A stretch of DNA of 64,000 bases from positions 153,080,001-153,144,000 of the forward strand of contig NC_086097.1 in the NCBI RefSeq assembly GCF_963921235.1. Reading direction: 5' to 3'. The position numbers were made by a program, and so were the translations under genes. The stretch comes from Mobula hypostoma. Its lineage: Eukaryota. The notes beneath the pieces are model-generated. The model had not been told where the DNA came from. It saw nothing but the letters and a program-made list of their open reading frames with translations, and searched no databases. Below are positions 10,570 to 23,123 of the stretch, piece after piece; positions within the stretch are counted from its first letter, which is position 1; each line of letters opens with the position of its first letter.

Positions 10570-13270
10570 ATAAGACCATAAAATATTGGAGCAGAATTAG
10601 GCCATTTGACCCATCGTGTCTGCTCCGCCATTCAATCAAGGCTGATCCTTTTTATCCACTTCTTAGCCCACTCCTTAGCCTTCTCCCCATAATTTTTTAT
10701 GCCATGGCCAATCAAGAACCTATCAATCTCCACCTTAAATTCACCCAACAACCTGCTATTCACAGCTGCCTGTGGTAACAAATTCCACAAATTCACCAAT
10801 CTCTGGCTAAAGATATTTCTCCAGCTCCCTGTTTTAAATGGACACCCCTCTGTCCTGAGGCTGTATCCTCTTGTCTAGACTCCCCCATCATGGGAAACAT
10901 CCTTTTCGCATCTACTCTGTCTAGGCAATTGAACATTTGAAAGGATTCAATGAGATCCCCCCCCCTCCATCATCCTACTAAATTCCAGTGAGTACAGGCC
11001 TAGAGTCATCATAGGATAACCATTTCATTCCTGGAATCATCCCAGGACCTCCTCTGAACCTTCTCCAATCCCAGCACATCTTTTCTTAGATAAGGAGCCA
11101 AAAACTGTTCACAATACAGTTGAGGCCTCGCCAGTTCCTTATAAAGCCTCTGCATCACATCTGTGCTCTTATATTCTAGACTTCTAGGAATGAATTCTAA
11201 CATTGTATTTGCCTTCCTCACCACCAAGTTATCCTTTAGGGTGTTCTGCACAAGGACTCCCAAGTCTCTTTGCATCTCAGATTTTTGGAATTTCTCCCCA
11301 CTTAGAAAATAATCTTCACATTTATTTCTTCTTTCTTTTTAAATCTTTTTATTAAGTAAGTATACAAAAAGGTAAGCCATATAGACACTAATACATTGTT
11401 AGAATATAATAAAATTACAGAAGATATTAATACAAAAAAAAACTACAAACAATGTAATTTAAACATAATATACCAAGGTAACATAATAGTATACTAATTA
11501 TATATATATATCAATAGAGAAAAAAAAAACCCAAAAAAAACCCACCGTGCAACTAACTAAAAGCATTTTGGAACAAAGATTGGTAACGCCTGAAATATAT
11601 ATAAAAATTTTGGCAAAAAAAACATCTTAACTGCATTAATACGACCAATCAAAGTTGAATATAAAGATATAAAGGAAGCCATTTAGATGAAAGTTGAGTA
11701 ATATGGTCTATTAATGGTAAAAAGTTAGTCTTAAATAAATCTTTGTATTTACAAGTAATTTTAATCCCAAGATATGAAAAATAATTATTAATCAATTTAA
11801 ATGGAAATTTATAATATAAGGGAAGTTGTTTATTAATCGGAAAGAGTTCACTCTTACTAAGATTTAACTTATAACCTGAAAAAAGACCAAATTGTGCTAA
11901 TAACTCTAAAACAGCCGGGATGGATTTTGAGGATTAGAAATATATAAAAGTAAATCATCAGCATAGAGTGATAATTTATGGGACTTTAAGCCCCGAGTTA
12001 TCCCAGTAATATTTGGAGATTCTCGAACGGCAATTGCAAGAGGTTCTAATGCAATATCAAATAATAAGGGACTAAGAGGACAGCCTTGTCGAGTACCTCG
12101 AAAAAGAGGGAAAAAAGGTGAACTTAAAGAGTTAGTACGGACCGAGGCCACAGGAGAATAATATAAGAGTTTAATCCAGGATATAAATTTCAAGCTGAAA
12201 TTAAACCTTTCAAGCACCTTAAATAAATAAGGCCATTCTACTCTATCAAAAACTTTCTCGGCATCTAAAGAGATAACACACTCAGGAACATTTTGTGAGG
12301 GAGTATAAACGATATTTAACAGTGTACGAATATTATAAAAAGAGTAACGACCTTTAATAAAACCCGTTTGGTCTTCCGAAATAATAGAGGGAAGTACTTT
12401 TTCTAATCTATTTGCTAATAACTTAGAAAAAACTTTAGAATCAACATTTAATAAAGATATTCGTCTATAAGATGCACATTGAGCAGGATCTTTATCCTTC
12501 TTTAATATTAAAGAGATTGACGCTCTATTAAAAGATTCAGGAAGTTTACCAAGTTTCGATGAAGCCTCAAAAACCCGACATTTATTTCTTCTAACAAAGT
12601 GCATGATCATGTATTTTCCAACATTGTATGTAATTTGCCACTTTCTGGCCCATTCCCCTAATCCGTCTAATCAGCCTTCCTGTTTCATCAACACTACCTG
12701 CCCCTCCACCAATCTTCATATCAACTGAAAACTTGGCAACAAAGCCATGTATTCCATAATTTAAATCATTGATATACAGCATAAAAAGAAGCGGTTCCAA
12801 CACCAACGCCTGCGGAACACCACTGGTCACTGACAGCCTCCCAGAAAAGGGTCCCTTTATTCCCACTCGTGGCCTCCTATCAATTTGCCAATGGTCTAGC
12901 CATGCTAGTAAATATCCTGGAACACCATGGGTCCTTTAACTTGTTAAGCAGTCTCATGTGTGGCACCTTGTTAAAGGCCTTCTGAAAATCCAAATATACA
13001 ATATCTAGTTCATCCCCTTTATCTATCCTACTTGTAATGTCCTCAAGGAATTCCTACAGGTCATCAGGCAAGATTTTTTCTTAAGGAAACCATGCTGACT
13101 TTGTCCTTACTTAACCTGTGTCGCCAAGTGCTCCACAACCTCATCCTTAACAATGGACTCCAATACCTTTCCAACCACTGAGGTCAGGCTAACTGGTCTA
13201 TAATTTCCTTTCTGTTGCTTTCCTCTTTTCTTAAAGAGTGCAGTGACATTTGCAATTTGACATTGAACCT
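10570..13270 (-). mobile_element. CR1 LINE fragment (RT to 3' tail), host of the L1 insertion
   Basis: GNYRPVSLTSVVGKVLESIVKD, VTSGVPQ.LVL.PLLF, QRDLGVLVQ..RKDVLGLEKVQRR; cataagaccataa tail at ~10570. Confidence 0.9.
11333..12577 (-). mobile_element. L1-clade LINE fragment, 5'-truncated and internally deleted, with TSD
   Basis: ISLDAEKVFDRVEWPYL, RGTRQGCPLSPLLFDIALEPLA, LSLYADD; A-rich tail with AATAAA; exact 15-bp TSD acatttatttcttct at 11318-11332 and 12578-12592. Confidence 0.93.
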
Positions 13271-13567
13271 CCTGCTGGTGGCAACAATGACTCGAGAGCA
13301 AGGCCTGAATGGTGGGGGTCCTTAATGGTGGATGTCAGCTTCCTGAAATTCCACCTCTAGTAGATGAGATCAGTGGTGGTGAGAGCAAAATTTATGATGG
13401 ATCCTATTATTCTTTTCTTTTCTAAGTTACTATTGTTTTTTAATAACTGGTTCCAACATTTGCACTGTTGCTCCTATGCTGGAGAACATGAATCAACTAA
13501 CACACATGTATTTTCCCCATTCACCTAAACCAATAAGTGTGGCTAATTTTGACTGTAGCATTGAGTA

Positions 13568-13800
13568 TGTGATGTAATAGGCTTCCGTTAGTCTCGTGAG
13601 ACCATGGATTTGCGCCTTGGAAAGTTTCCAGGGCACAGGTCTGGGCAAGGTTGTATGAAAGACCGGCAGTTGCCTATGCTGCAAGTCTTCCCTCTCCACA
13701 CCACTGATGTTGTCCAAGGGAAGGGCACTAGGACCCATACAGCTTGGCAGCGTCATCGCAGAGCAACGTGTGGTTAAGTGCCTTGCTCAAGGACACAATG
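13568..13800 (-). mobile_element. SINE-like retroposon with RTE-type 3' tail
   Basis: Minus strand gtgtccttgagcaaggcacttaaccacac (common fish SINE segment) to ccatggtctcacgagactaacgg.. tail. Confidence 0.55.
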
Positions 13801-13879
13801 TGATTTGATTGGCACCAAAATTCATCACCTGGGGATTAGGGGTCCTATTGATGTTTGTAAATCAGTGACCTCCACTGGA

Positions 13880-15062
13880 TAATGTGTCACCACCCACAGC
13901 TCCCATCTGCTAATTAAATTTGCTGATGACACAATGCTGATTGGCCTAATCACAAATAATAATGAGGCAGCCTACAGAGAGGAAGTCACCACCCTGACAC
14001 AGTGGTAAAAAGGAAACAATCTCTCTCTTAATGTCGCTGGTTGTGGACTACAGGAGGAAGGGAGACAGGTTAGCCCCTATTGACATCAATGGCTCTGGGG
14101 CTGAGAGGGTGAACAGCTTTCGGTTCCTTTGCATCCACATCACCGAGGATCTCATGTGATCTGTACATACTGGCTATGTGGTGAAAAAAGGGACAATTGA
14201 GAGCATCCTGACTGGCTGCATCACTGCCTGGTATGGGAACAGTACATCCCTCAGTCACAGGATTCTCCAGAGAGGGGTGCAGAGAGCCCAGTACATCTGT
14301 AGTTGTGAACTTCCCACTATCCAGGACATGTACAAAGACAGGTGTGTAAAACGGGCCCAAAGGATCACTGGGAACCCGAATCACCCCAACCACAAACTGT
14401 TCCAGCTTCTACCATCCAGGAAATGGTACCGCAGCATAAAAGTCAGGACTAACAGGCTCCGGGACAGCTTCTTCCACCAGGCCATCAGACCGCTTACTCA
14501 TGCTGACACAACTGTATTTCTATGTTATATTGACTATTCTTTTTTAGATTATGAAGACATGCAGTCCTCTTTTATTGTCATTTAGTAATGCATGCATTAA
14601 GGAATGATACAAAATTTCCTCCGGTGTGATATCACAAAACACAGGACAGACCAAGACTGAAAACAACTAACAAAACCACATAATTATATAGTTACAACAG
14701 TGCAACAATACCATAACTTGATGAAGAAGTCCATGAGCACAGTAAAGTTCAAAGTCTCTCAAATGTCCCACATCTCATGCAGGCGGGAGAAGGAAGAAAA
14801 ACTCTCCCTGCCATACCCGGCCACAGACCGACGCTGAGTCATCCGAAAACTTCGAGCCTCCAATCAGCTCTCTGACACCGAGTACTGAGCACCATCTCTG
14901 TCCGAAGGATTCGACGTCAATTCTGTTGTACATACTATTTATTATAAATTACTATAAATTGGACGTTGCACATTTAGACGGAGATGTAACATATAGCTTC
15001 ATACTCCTCAGGTATATGAAATATGTAAGTAATAAAGTCAATTCAATTCAATTCAATTCATT
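13880..15062 (+). mobile_element. Rex1/Babar LINE 3' fragment (same family as 7545-9792)
   Basis: KFADDT; IESILTGCITAWYG..CELPTIQDMYKDRC is near-identical to the 9.3-9.5 kb copy; (attca)n tail at 15037-15060. Confidence 0.9.
14541..14919 (-). mobile_element. 5'-truncated non-autonomous retroposon (family of 25176-25838)
   Basis: Reverse complement aligns with ~25410-25830; TSD attct at 14536-14540 and 14920-14924. Confidence 0.8.
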
Positions 15063-15064
15063 TA

Positions 15065-15450
15065 CATGCCAGTAAGGACAGAAAAAATGTTTAGTCATAG
15101 GTTGGCAGTGGCTGAACCACACTAGGAATATCGTGTTCAGTTCGGTTCGCCATACTAGAGGAATTATGTGATTGTTCTGGAGTGAGTGGAAAGATGTTTC
15201 ACAGAATGTTTTATGGATGGGATGACTATAGTTAAGGGAAGAGACTGGATATGCTGGGCTTGTTTTTCCTGGAGGAAAGGAGGCCAAGGAGAGTAGCCTG
15301 AGAGAAGCATATAAGATTATGAGAGGTATAGAGAAGGTAGTAAATCAAAATTGTTTTCTCCATTTATCAGGAAAAAAGAGCATAAGTTTAAGATGACAGA
15401 AATTAATTTAAAAAGTGATCTTAAGGATAAAGAGCGGTTGGTATCTGAAA
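15065..15450 (+). mobile_element. Degraded CR1 3' fragment
   Basis: gtgttcagttcggttcgcc..tataagattatgagaggtatag (CVQFWSP, YKIMRG-like). Confidence 0.6.
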
Positions 15451-15553
15451 TATGTTAGTAGAGTTGGTAATAGAATCGGGTCAGAATTGAAACGGACTCC
15501 CTGGTGCTGTGAGACAGTGACTCTATTAGCTGTGCTGCTATGATGCTCTACAA

Positions 15554-16186
15554 CAGTGGTCCCCAACCTCTGGGCCACGGACTGATACTGATCCACGAAG
15601 CATGCAGGGGTGCAGCAGTAGTCGGAGCGCACCCAGCACATCTTTAAGAAAAAAGCCAAAATAATCAAGTTAATTAATTAGGTGCCGCCCGGCACGTAAA
15701 TGTCGGCCCAGAGCAGAGGCGATTGCTGATTTCACTTGCTCTACGCGATGTTCACTCCTCTTTCCAGGGCGCTGGAGCCTTTAGTTGTTCCATTGTCTGG
15801 TCAATTTAAACACCACCCCAGACAGGCTGAAAAGACAGGACTGTCAGGATCGAGGTGACACGTTGAATCTACACAAATTTCTAATAAAGTATAGGTGCTG
15901 CCGTGCTTTCTTTGTAATCACAGTTACGTGCTGGTCCCAGGACAGATCCTCTGACACTTTTCAGAGAGAGAAACATTGATCCTTAATGCCAAAGAATTTA
16001 AAGTTATTGATCCTCTCCACCTCAGTTCCTCTAATGAAGACTGGCTTCTAGATGGCACCTAATTAATTAGCTTGTTTATTTTGGCTTTTTTCTTAAAGAT
16101 GTGCTGGGTGCGCTCCGGCTACTGCTGCACCCCTGCATGCTGCGCGGCCCGGTATCGGTCCATAGCCCGAAAGTTGGGGACCACTG
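15554..16186. mobile_element. Non-autonomous hAT (Charlie-like) MITE with ~130-bp TIRs
   Basis: Ends CAGTGGTCCCCAACC / GTTGGGGACCACTG; long inverted arms 15554-15686 and 16054-16186; 8-bp flanks ctctacaa / acctacaa (6/8 match). Confidence 0.88.
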
Positions 16187-16580
16187 ACCTACAAGGCAGA
16201 AATAAGCCATTTGACCTTCCAGTTCTGGCTCGGTCTACAGGCCAGTTCATGTCCACTCTTTTTTCTATATCTTTGCAATGTTAACTCTTTTAAGTATTGA
16301 TCCAATTCCCCTTTGAAAGTGGCAGATGAATCAATTTCAATCATTCCATTAGACAATATATTCCAAATCCTCAATAGTTGTTTCATGAGAAGGCTTTTCT
16401 TTATGTTGCTTATGGTTCTCTGTGCCCTCTCCAGTCTCCACTGAAAAAACAAACAAACAGAAATCTTTCATAAATAAACAGAAGTCATACAAAAAAGAAA
16501 AAAATATGCAATTTTTGCCCCTGGCACATTATCACGCTGTTTATTGTGTGTTTGTCGGTATTGATTTGCACTCAACATAC

Positions 16581-16920
16581 CTGCAGGCAAACAATATGAA
16601 GGTGGTTATTGCTGCATGATAACCTAACATAATCAAAATATTCTTTGCAGCTCTATCCCTGCTTTCTCCCTTCAATATTTGAACTGTTTCATGGATGGCT
16701 GCCTTCCAATGCTTTTCAGTATTCCGTCGACATTTTCTAATGATCTCGTATCCCATTTGTTGACAAGAAGTCACCTACATTTTCTTGAAATCCATTTGGC
16801 CTTCTCCTCCTTCTTCCAGATCCATTTATCCAGGTTATCTTCGTCTGCTTTGTTTCATTTCCAGCATGAAGGAATAACATCATGAAATTCACTCACAAAC
16901 AGTTAGCGGCCAATTTGTTT
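16581..16920 (-). other. Candidate host-gene exon (unidentified)
   Basis: Sequence with no recognisable repeat, bounded by acceptor ttttaatcacacttttcag| and donor CAG|GTATGT; ORF MGYEIIRK..MLGYHAAITTFILFAC runs into the donor. Confidence 0.3.
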
Positions 16921-16949
16921 CTGAAAAGTGTGATTAAAATTGGAATAAT

Positions 16950-17130
16950 ACAGTGGAAGAGCTGGAGGAGCTGGAACATGCAGCTCCAGTAACCCTTGGG
17001 TGCTGCCTGTATGGCATTTGCAACAGTTTCCTGGGATCACATGCATTTTCTCCAATTTCTCTAGGTTTCTCCCACATCCCAAAAATATGTGGAAGGTTAG
17101 TAGCTTAATTGGCCACTGTAAACTTTCCTT
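16950..17130 (+). mobile_element. Degraded V-domain (HE1-like) SINE, interrupted by an RTE derivative
   Basis: ggtttctcccacatcccaaaaatatgtg..ttaattggccactgtaaa resembles the V-SINE core also seen at 39.3 kb. Confidence 0.55.
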
Positions 17131-17708
17131 ACTTACTGCACATTATACTGCTGACATTCACGGCAGCAATGAATGTCCTCCATCTCTGTCCTTGGCCACC
17201 TTCTCGATTGTGCCCCAGGTGTGGTTTAGGTCCTTAATTCTGCCTCTATGGTATGGTGGCAAGTTGTCTTTGGTCTTCCATGTTTCTTCTGCCCTTCAGG
17301 GATCCAGTGAAGTGCTGGCTTGATGATGGAGTTGGCTTGTCTTCCTGGTCTTTTCTTCCTTCATCATGCCAGTAGCTACCTCTTAGTTTTTACTACTGTC
17401 ACCCATATAAGTCTCGGTGAGCGAATTGGGAATGCTGTTGAACACAGATATAGAAGGATTCTTCATTGCTGTCTCTATAACACTTTTTTTTCGAACCGAC
17501 AGGGTTGTTGGCCCTGTGGTGAACCTCCAAACCTGGAGGACCAGTGGACCACTCTTAGTCTGGCATCTACTCTTTAACCTGCTTGACATGGGTGACCCTA
17601 CCAAGAGACAAAGGACAAGGCCTTGACTGCAGCCAATATAGCTTTCCTGGTCATTGGGGCATGCAAGTCTCTAAACCCCATGACAATGTTGTGGTCCTCT
17701 AGGAGGTC
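17130..17708 (-). mobile_element. Bipartite non-autonomous RTE-derived retroposon
   Basis: Minus strand: RTE-like 5' UTR (acttgcatgccccaatgacc..gtagggtcacccatg..cagactaagagtgg) joined to an RTE-like ORF end (PEGQKKHGRPKTTC..WRTFIAA) and an (agta)n tail. Confidence 0.6.
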
Positions 17709-17859
17709 ATAGGAATGTGGGGAAATTAAAGTGAATTGTTATAGGGTCCAAATTCAAGTCCCAGAACCAGCTGTCAGATCTGGCAGGGCTTACATGCTGC
17801 AAGACAAATTCAGGCCGCATTGTCAACAATGGCGCATCCCTTCCTAATGAGACTAATAA

Positions 17860-19590
17860 GACCATAAGATCATAAGAGCAGAATTAGGCCATTCATTGAA
17901 TCTGCTCAGCCATTCCATCATGGCTGATTTATCATTCTTCTCAACCCAATTCTCCTGCCTTCTTCCAGTAACCTTTGATGCCCTGACTAATCAAGAACCT
18001 ATCAAATTCCACTTTAAATAAACTCAATGACTTGGGCTCCACAGCTACCTGTGCATATGAATTCCACAGATACACCCACCACCCTCTGTCTAAAGAAACT
18101 CTTCCTCATCTCTGTTCTAAATGGATGTCCCTCTGTTCAGAGGCTGTGTCTGCTGGTCCTAGACTGACCCACTATAGGAAACATCTTCTCCATATCCATT
18201 CCATCTCGACCTTTCAATGTTCGATAGGTTTCAATGAGATGTCTCCTCATTCTTCAGAACTCCAGTGAGCACACGCCCAGAGCCATCAAATGCCCCTCAT
18301 ACATTAACCCTTTCATTCCTGGAATCACTCTTGTGAACCTCTTCTGGACCCTCCCCAATGCCAGCACACCATTTCAGAACAGAATCAGAATCAGGTTTAA
18401 TATCACTAACATTTGTCATGAAATTAGTTATTTTGTAGCAACAGTACATTGCAATACATAATAATAAAAGCTATAAATTACAGTAAGAAGTATACAGTAT
18501 ATATAAAAAAAATTAAAGGAATAGTGCAAAAAGAGAGGGAGAAAAATACTGAGACAGTTTTCATTGGTTCATTGTGATGGTGGAAGGGAAGAAGCTGTTT
18601 CTCAAATGTGTGCCTTCAGGCTCCTGTACCTCCTCCTTAATGGTAGCAATGAGAAGAGGACGTGTCCTGCGCGATGGGGATCCTGAATGATCAAAGCTAC
18701 CTTTCTGAGGCATTGCATTTTGAAGGTGTCCTTGATACCAGAGGGGCTAGTGTCAATGATGGAGCTGGTTAAGTTTACAAATTTCTGCAGCTTTTTTTGT
18801 TCCTGTGCAGTGGCCCTTCTATTACAGACAATGCTGGAACCAGTTAGGTTGCTCTTCATGGTACATCTGTAGAAGTTTTCAGGTGTCCTTGCTGACATGC
18901 TAATTGTCTTGAAACTCCTAATGAAATATAACAACTGTCACCCCTTCTTTGTAATTGCATCAATAAGTTGGACCAAGGATAGATCCTCTGAGATGTTGCC
19001 ACCCATCCAGGAACTTGGACTTGCTCATTTTCCACTTCTGATCCCTCGATGAGGACTGCTTTGTGTCCCCTCTTAGATAAGAGGACTAAAACTGCTCATT
19101 ATACTCGAAGTGCGGTCAGGCCATGCCTTATAAAGCCTCAGCATTATATTCTTGCTCTTGTAGTCTAGTCTTCTCAAATGAATGCTACCATTGCATTTCC
19201 CTTCCTTACCGCCTGCAAGTTAACATAGAAAATACATAGAAAACCTACAACACAATACAGGTCCTTCGGCCCACAGAGCTGGGCGAAACGTGTATAGGGG
19301 ATCTTGCACAAGGGCTCCCAAGGCCCTTTAAAGCTCTAATTTTTGAACTTTCTCCCAGTTTAGAAAATAGTCTATGCCTTTATTCCTTCCACCGAAGTAC
19401 ATGATTATACATTTTCATGCACTATATTCCATCTGCCACTTCATTATCCATTCTCTCAATCTGTCCAAGTCCTGCAGATTCCCAGCATCTTCAATACTAC
19501 CTGCTTCTCCACCTATCTTCATATCGTCTGCAAACCTGTCCACAAAGATGTCAATTTCATCATCAAAATCATTGCCATATAACATGGAAA
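17860..19590 (-). mobile_element. CR1 fragment with nested insertions
   Basis: FVDRFADDMKIGG..WQMEY; aagaccataagatcataag tail at ~17860. Confidence 0.8.
18375..19070 (-). mobile_element. Rex1/Babar 3' fragment nested in CR1
   Basis: NFYRCTMKSNLTG..QDPHRAGHVLFSLLPLRRRYRSLK; (attctg)n tail at ~18375-18395. Confidence 0.85.
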
Positions 19591-19809
19591 CAAGTGGTCT
19601 ATGCATTCTATGAATGTTTTAAACAGAAGGGGATTGGAATGTCACTACCCACCCTGACAATAATGATGGATCCAGGAAGGGAATAGAGAAACTATTTTCC
19701 CGGTGTCATTCGTGCAATCTTTTCCTCAATATCAGATAACCAGAGGATAACTTCAGGAGTGGAAATTTGGAGGGAGAGGGTGTCGTGCCCATAATCCTGT
19801 TTACGTCAA

Positions 19810-20460
19810 AGCTGCTGAGGTTGAAAGGGTTGAGAGCTTCAGGTTCCTAGGACTGAACATCACCAATAGCCTGACCTTATCCAAACATATTGATGCCTGG
19901 CCAAGAAAGCTCACCACCACCTCAACTTCCTCAGGAGGCTAAATAAACTTGGCATACCTTGTTTGACCCTCACAACTTTTTATCAATGCACCATAGGAAG
20001 CATCCTATCTAATGTATTGTGGCTTGGTATTGCAGCTGCTCTGCTCAAGACTGCAAGAACTTCAGAGAAACTGCCATGGTCACAGCTCAGCACACTTTGA
20101 AAATCAGCTTCTTCTCCATGGACTCTGTCTATGCTTTCTGCCTTGGTAAAGTAGCCAACATAACTCACCCCAGTCATTCTCTCTTCTTCCTCACATCAGG
20201 CATGAAGTACAAAAGCCTGAAAGTATATTGCACCAGGCTCAGAGACAATTTTGACATCACACTCTAATTCATTATGACTGGCACCTTTTTGTCAGTTTGC
20301 TCCATACTTTCTCTTTACCTATAAACTTAATTTTGGACTGTTATTATTTTACCTTGTGCTTCCTTGATGCACTGTTGTAATGAATTGATCTTTTTAAGCA
20401 GTATACAAGCTTTTCATTGTGCTTTGATATACATGACAATAATAAATCAATTTATCAAAC
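19810..20460 (+). mobile_element. Degraded Rex1/Babar 3' fragment
   Basis: gagagcttcaggttcctagg (ESFRFLG), FYQCTIGSIL, HPSHSLFF. Confidence 0.75.
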
Positions 20461-22030
20461 CATGTAAATAGGTATTTGACTGTCAAAACAGACTAACTGG
20501 ACCAAATGGCCTGCTTGCTGGTTATATGATGTTCTAATACTCCATGAAAACTTGTTGAAACGGAATATGTTCATTACATTTCCCATCCTTCCTTTGGCTT
20601 ACAAAATCATGCTTCCCTGAAGGTCACACTTTTCCCAACATCTAAACCCCTCATCTTCCTCAGTATCCCTTTACCTCTTTCCACTGCTCTCTAAGTTTTT
20701 TCAATGCATTGGAAATGTTCAGTTAAGATTAACTGAATTAATACATGGAATAGGTGGATTGTTTTATATGTTAATCTAATCGTCTTGTTGATAGATGCAA
20801 GGTTGGAGAAGCAGGTTTGCCTTCTCTGCTGTTTCAAACAAGACACTGGAGATAAATCACTATGTGAGATTGCTGGATCATTTTCTTCCTTTTGGAATCA
20901 GTAGCGCTAGAGCCCATTCTGGAATTCCTGTCACTGTATCTCATTTGGACTCCACCTGAGCCTAAATGGTGAAGAACTTATCAAAGGAGCTAGGGATAGA
21001 GTCAAATATGGTTGTAATCTCCATTCCCTGTGAGGGTTAAATAAAGTTACCTGCTATTGTAACTTGATATGCAATGATCAGGTGTCACTAGAGTAAGTTA
21101 TTTCCATTACCCCTCTTTAAGTTATGATGATTGCACATTCTAGTATCAATTGTTTGCTGACAATAAAGTATAAAGTATAAAGTTTTGGGTCATTAACTAA
21201 TTTACAAAGCAGCACACAACAGATCTTTTCCACAACAGATTCTATTAATTATTTTGATCCTAAGGAGAAGGAGTTGGAATCTAGCTCCTCTGGTTTTAAT
21301 GACCTAGAGAGTAAATAGAAAATGTCAAATGTAACTAATAATAAGTGGAACAGCACAGAAAACTATTATAGTTTAATTAATCTCAAGATTAGACTAACCA
21401 ATACATTTCTTTGGGCTTTTGGATTTTGGGCTAAGTAGATGATATGGTCACATCAACACTTGTACTCTGCCTCTGTGATTTATTACATTGAATCTGCTGG
21501 AATGAATTTTAGAGCAGCCTACAATACACTGAAGTGATAATGTAGTGTTTTTAGTGCTATTGACTGGGGATGGATTTCTAGCAAAGTGATTTTAAGGGCA
21601 GGTTAGATAATACGTACACAATCCTACATTTACACCTGAATAGCACCTGATAGATCATTCAGCATAATGTTTCTGCCATTCACTAAAGTTGTGTGTTCTG
21701 ACATATGATGACTAATGCCACCTTTGATGTGACATAGATATTTTAGCAGTACATTGAGCAAAGATGCCTACTTCTATCATGAAACTTTGCTCTAAAATTA
21801 TCATATGGGCTTTCAAGAGTAGATTTGCAGATACTGTTTCTAATTGTAAGAGGGTTGGCCTTGATGGCAGCAATTGAAGATAATGGGCAAAAGCTAGGAG
21901 GGATATGTGGAAAATGTAGCAGAGCATTTAAATTAAAATAGAGTATCCTGACATTCTGGAGTCTCAGATTCAATTGGATCTGCACCGTATAATAAGCTAA
22001 TTTATAAAAAATTCAAAAATAGAGAGTGTC

Positions 22031-23123
22031 TATTAGATCTGCAGCTGGATCTTCAACTTCCTCACAGACAGGACCCAGGCTGTAAAAATAGGGGACAAGC
22101 TCTCCTCGTCAATCATTCTGAGCACTGGTGCCCCACAAGGCTGTGTACTCAGCCCCCTGCTGTACTCACTGTACACCCATGATTGTGCAGCCAAGTTTCC
22201 ATCAAACTCAATACATAAGTTTGCTGATGACACAACAATTGTAGGCCGTATCTCGGGTAATGATGAGTTTGAGTACAGAGAGGAAATTAAGAACCTGGTG
22301 GCGTGGTGCGAAGACAATAACCTATCCCTCAATGTCAGCAAGACGAAGGAATTGGTTGTTGACTTCAGAAGGAGTAGAGGACCGACCGACCCAATTTACA
22401 TCAATGGTGCACAAGTGGAACAGGTCAAAAGCTTTAAGTTCCTTAGGGTCAATATGACAAATGACCTGACTTGGTCCAACCAAGCAGAGTCCACTGCCAA
22501 GAAGGCCCACCAGCACCTTTACTTCCTGAGAAAACTAAAGAAATTTGGCCTGTCCCTCAAACCCCTCACTATTTTTTATAGATGCACCGTAGAAAGCATT
22601 CTTCTAGGGTGCATCACAACCTGGTATGCAAGTTGTCCTATCTAAGACCGGAAGAAGCTGCAGAAAATTGTGATCATGGCGCAGCACATCACACAGACCA
22701 ATCTTCTGTCCTTGGACTCACTTTACACTGCACGCTATCGGAGCAGTGCTGCCAGGATAATCAAGGACACGACCCACCCAGCCAACACACTTTTCGTCCC
22801 TCTTCCCTTCGGGAGAAGGCTCAGGAGCTTGAAGACTCGTACGGCCAGATTTGGGAACAGCTTCTTTCCAACTGTGATAAGACTGCTGAACGGATCCTGA
22901 CCCGGATCTGGGCCGTACCCTCCAAATACCCGGACCTGCCTCTCGGTTTTTTTTGCACTACCTTACTTTCCATTTTTCTATTTTCTATTTATGATTTATA
23001 ATTTAAACTTTTAATATTTACTATCGATTTGTAATCCAGGAAGCGGGAAGCGCAGAATCAAATATCGCTGTGATGATTGTACGTTCTGGTATCAATTGTT
23101 TGGCGACAATAAAGTATAAAGTA
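22031..23123 (+). mobile_element. Young 5'-truncated Rex1/Babar LINE
   Basis: [49 protein letters not shown] with one premature stop at 22645; (aagtat)n tail; TSD agtgtc at 22025-22030 and 23124-23129. Confidence 0.93.

Noticed and set aside
15480..15545. tRNA-like sequence on the minus strand
   Set aside because: Decayed SINE head; no complete cloverleaf.
15408..16284. Two similar ORFs (M..ILAFFLKMCWVRS.YCCTPAC) as duplicated genes
   Set aside because: They are translations of the two TIRs of the hAT MITE.
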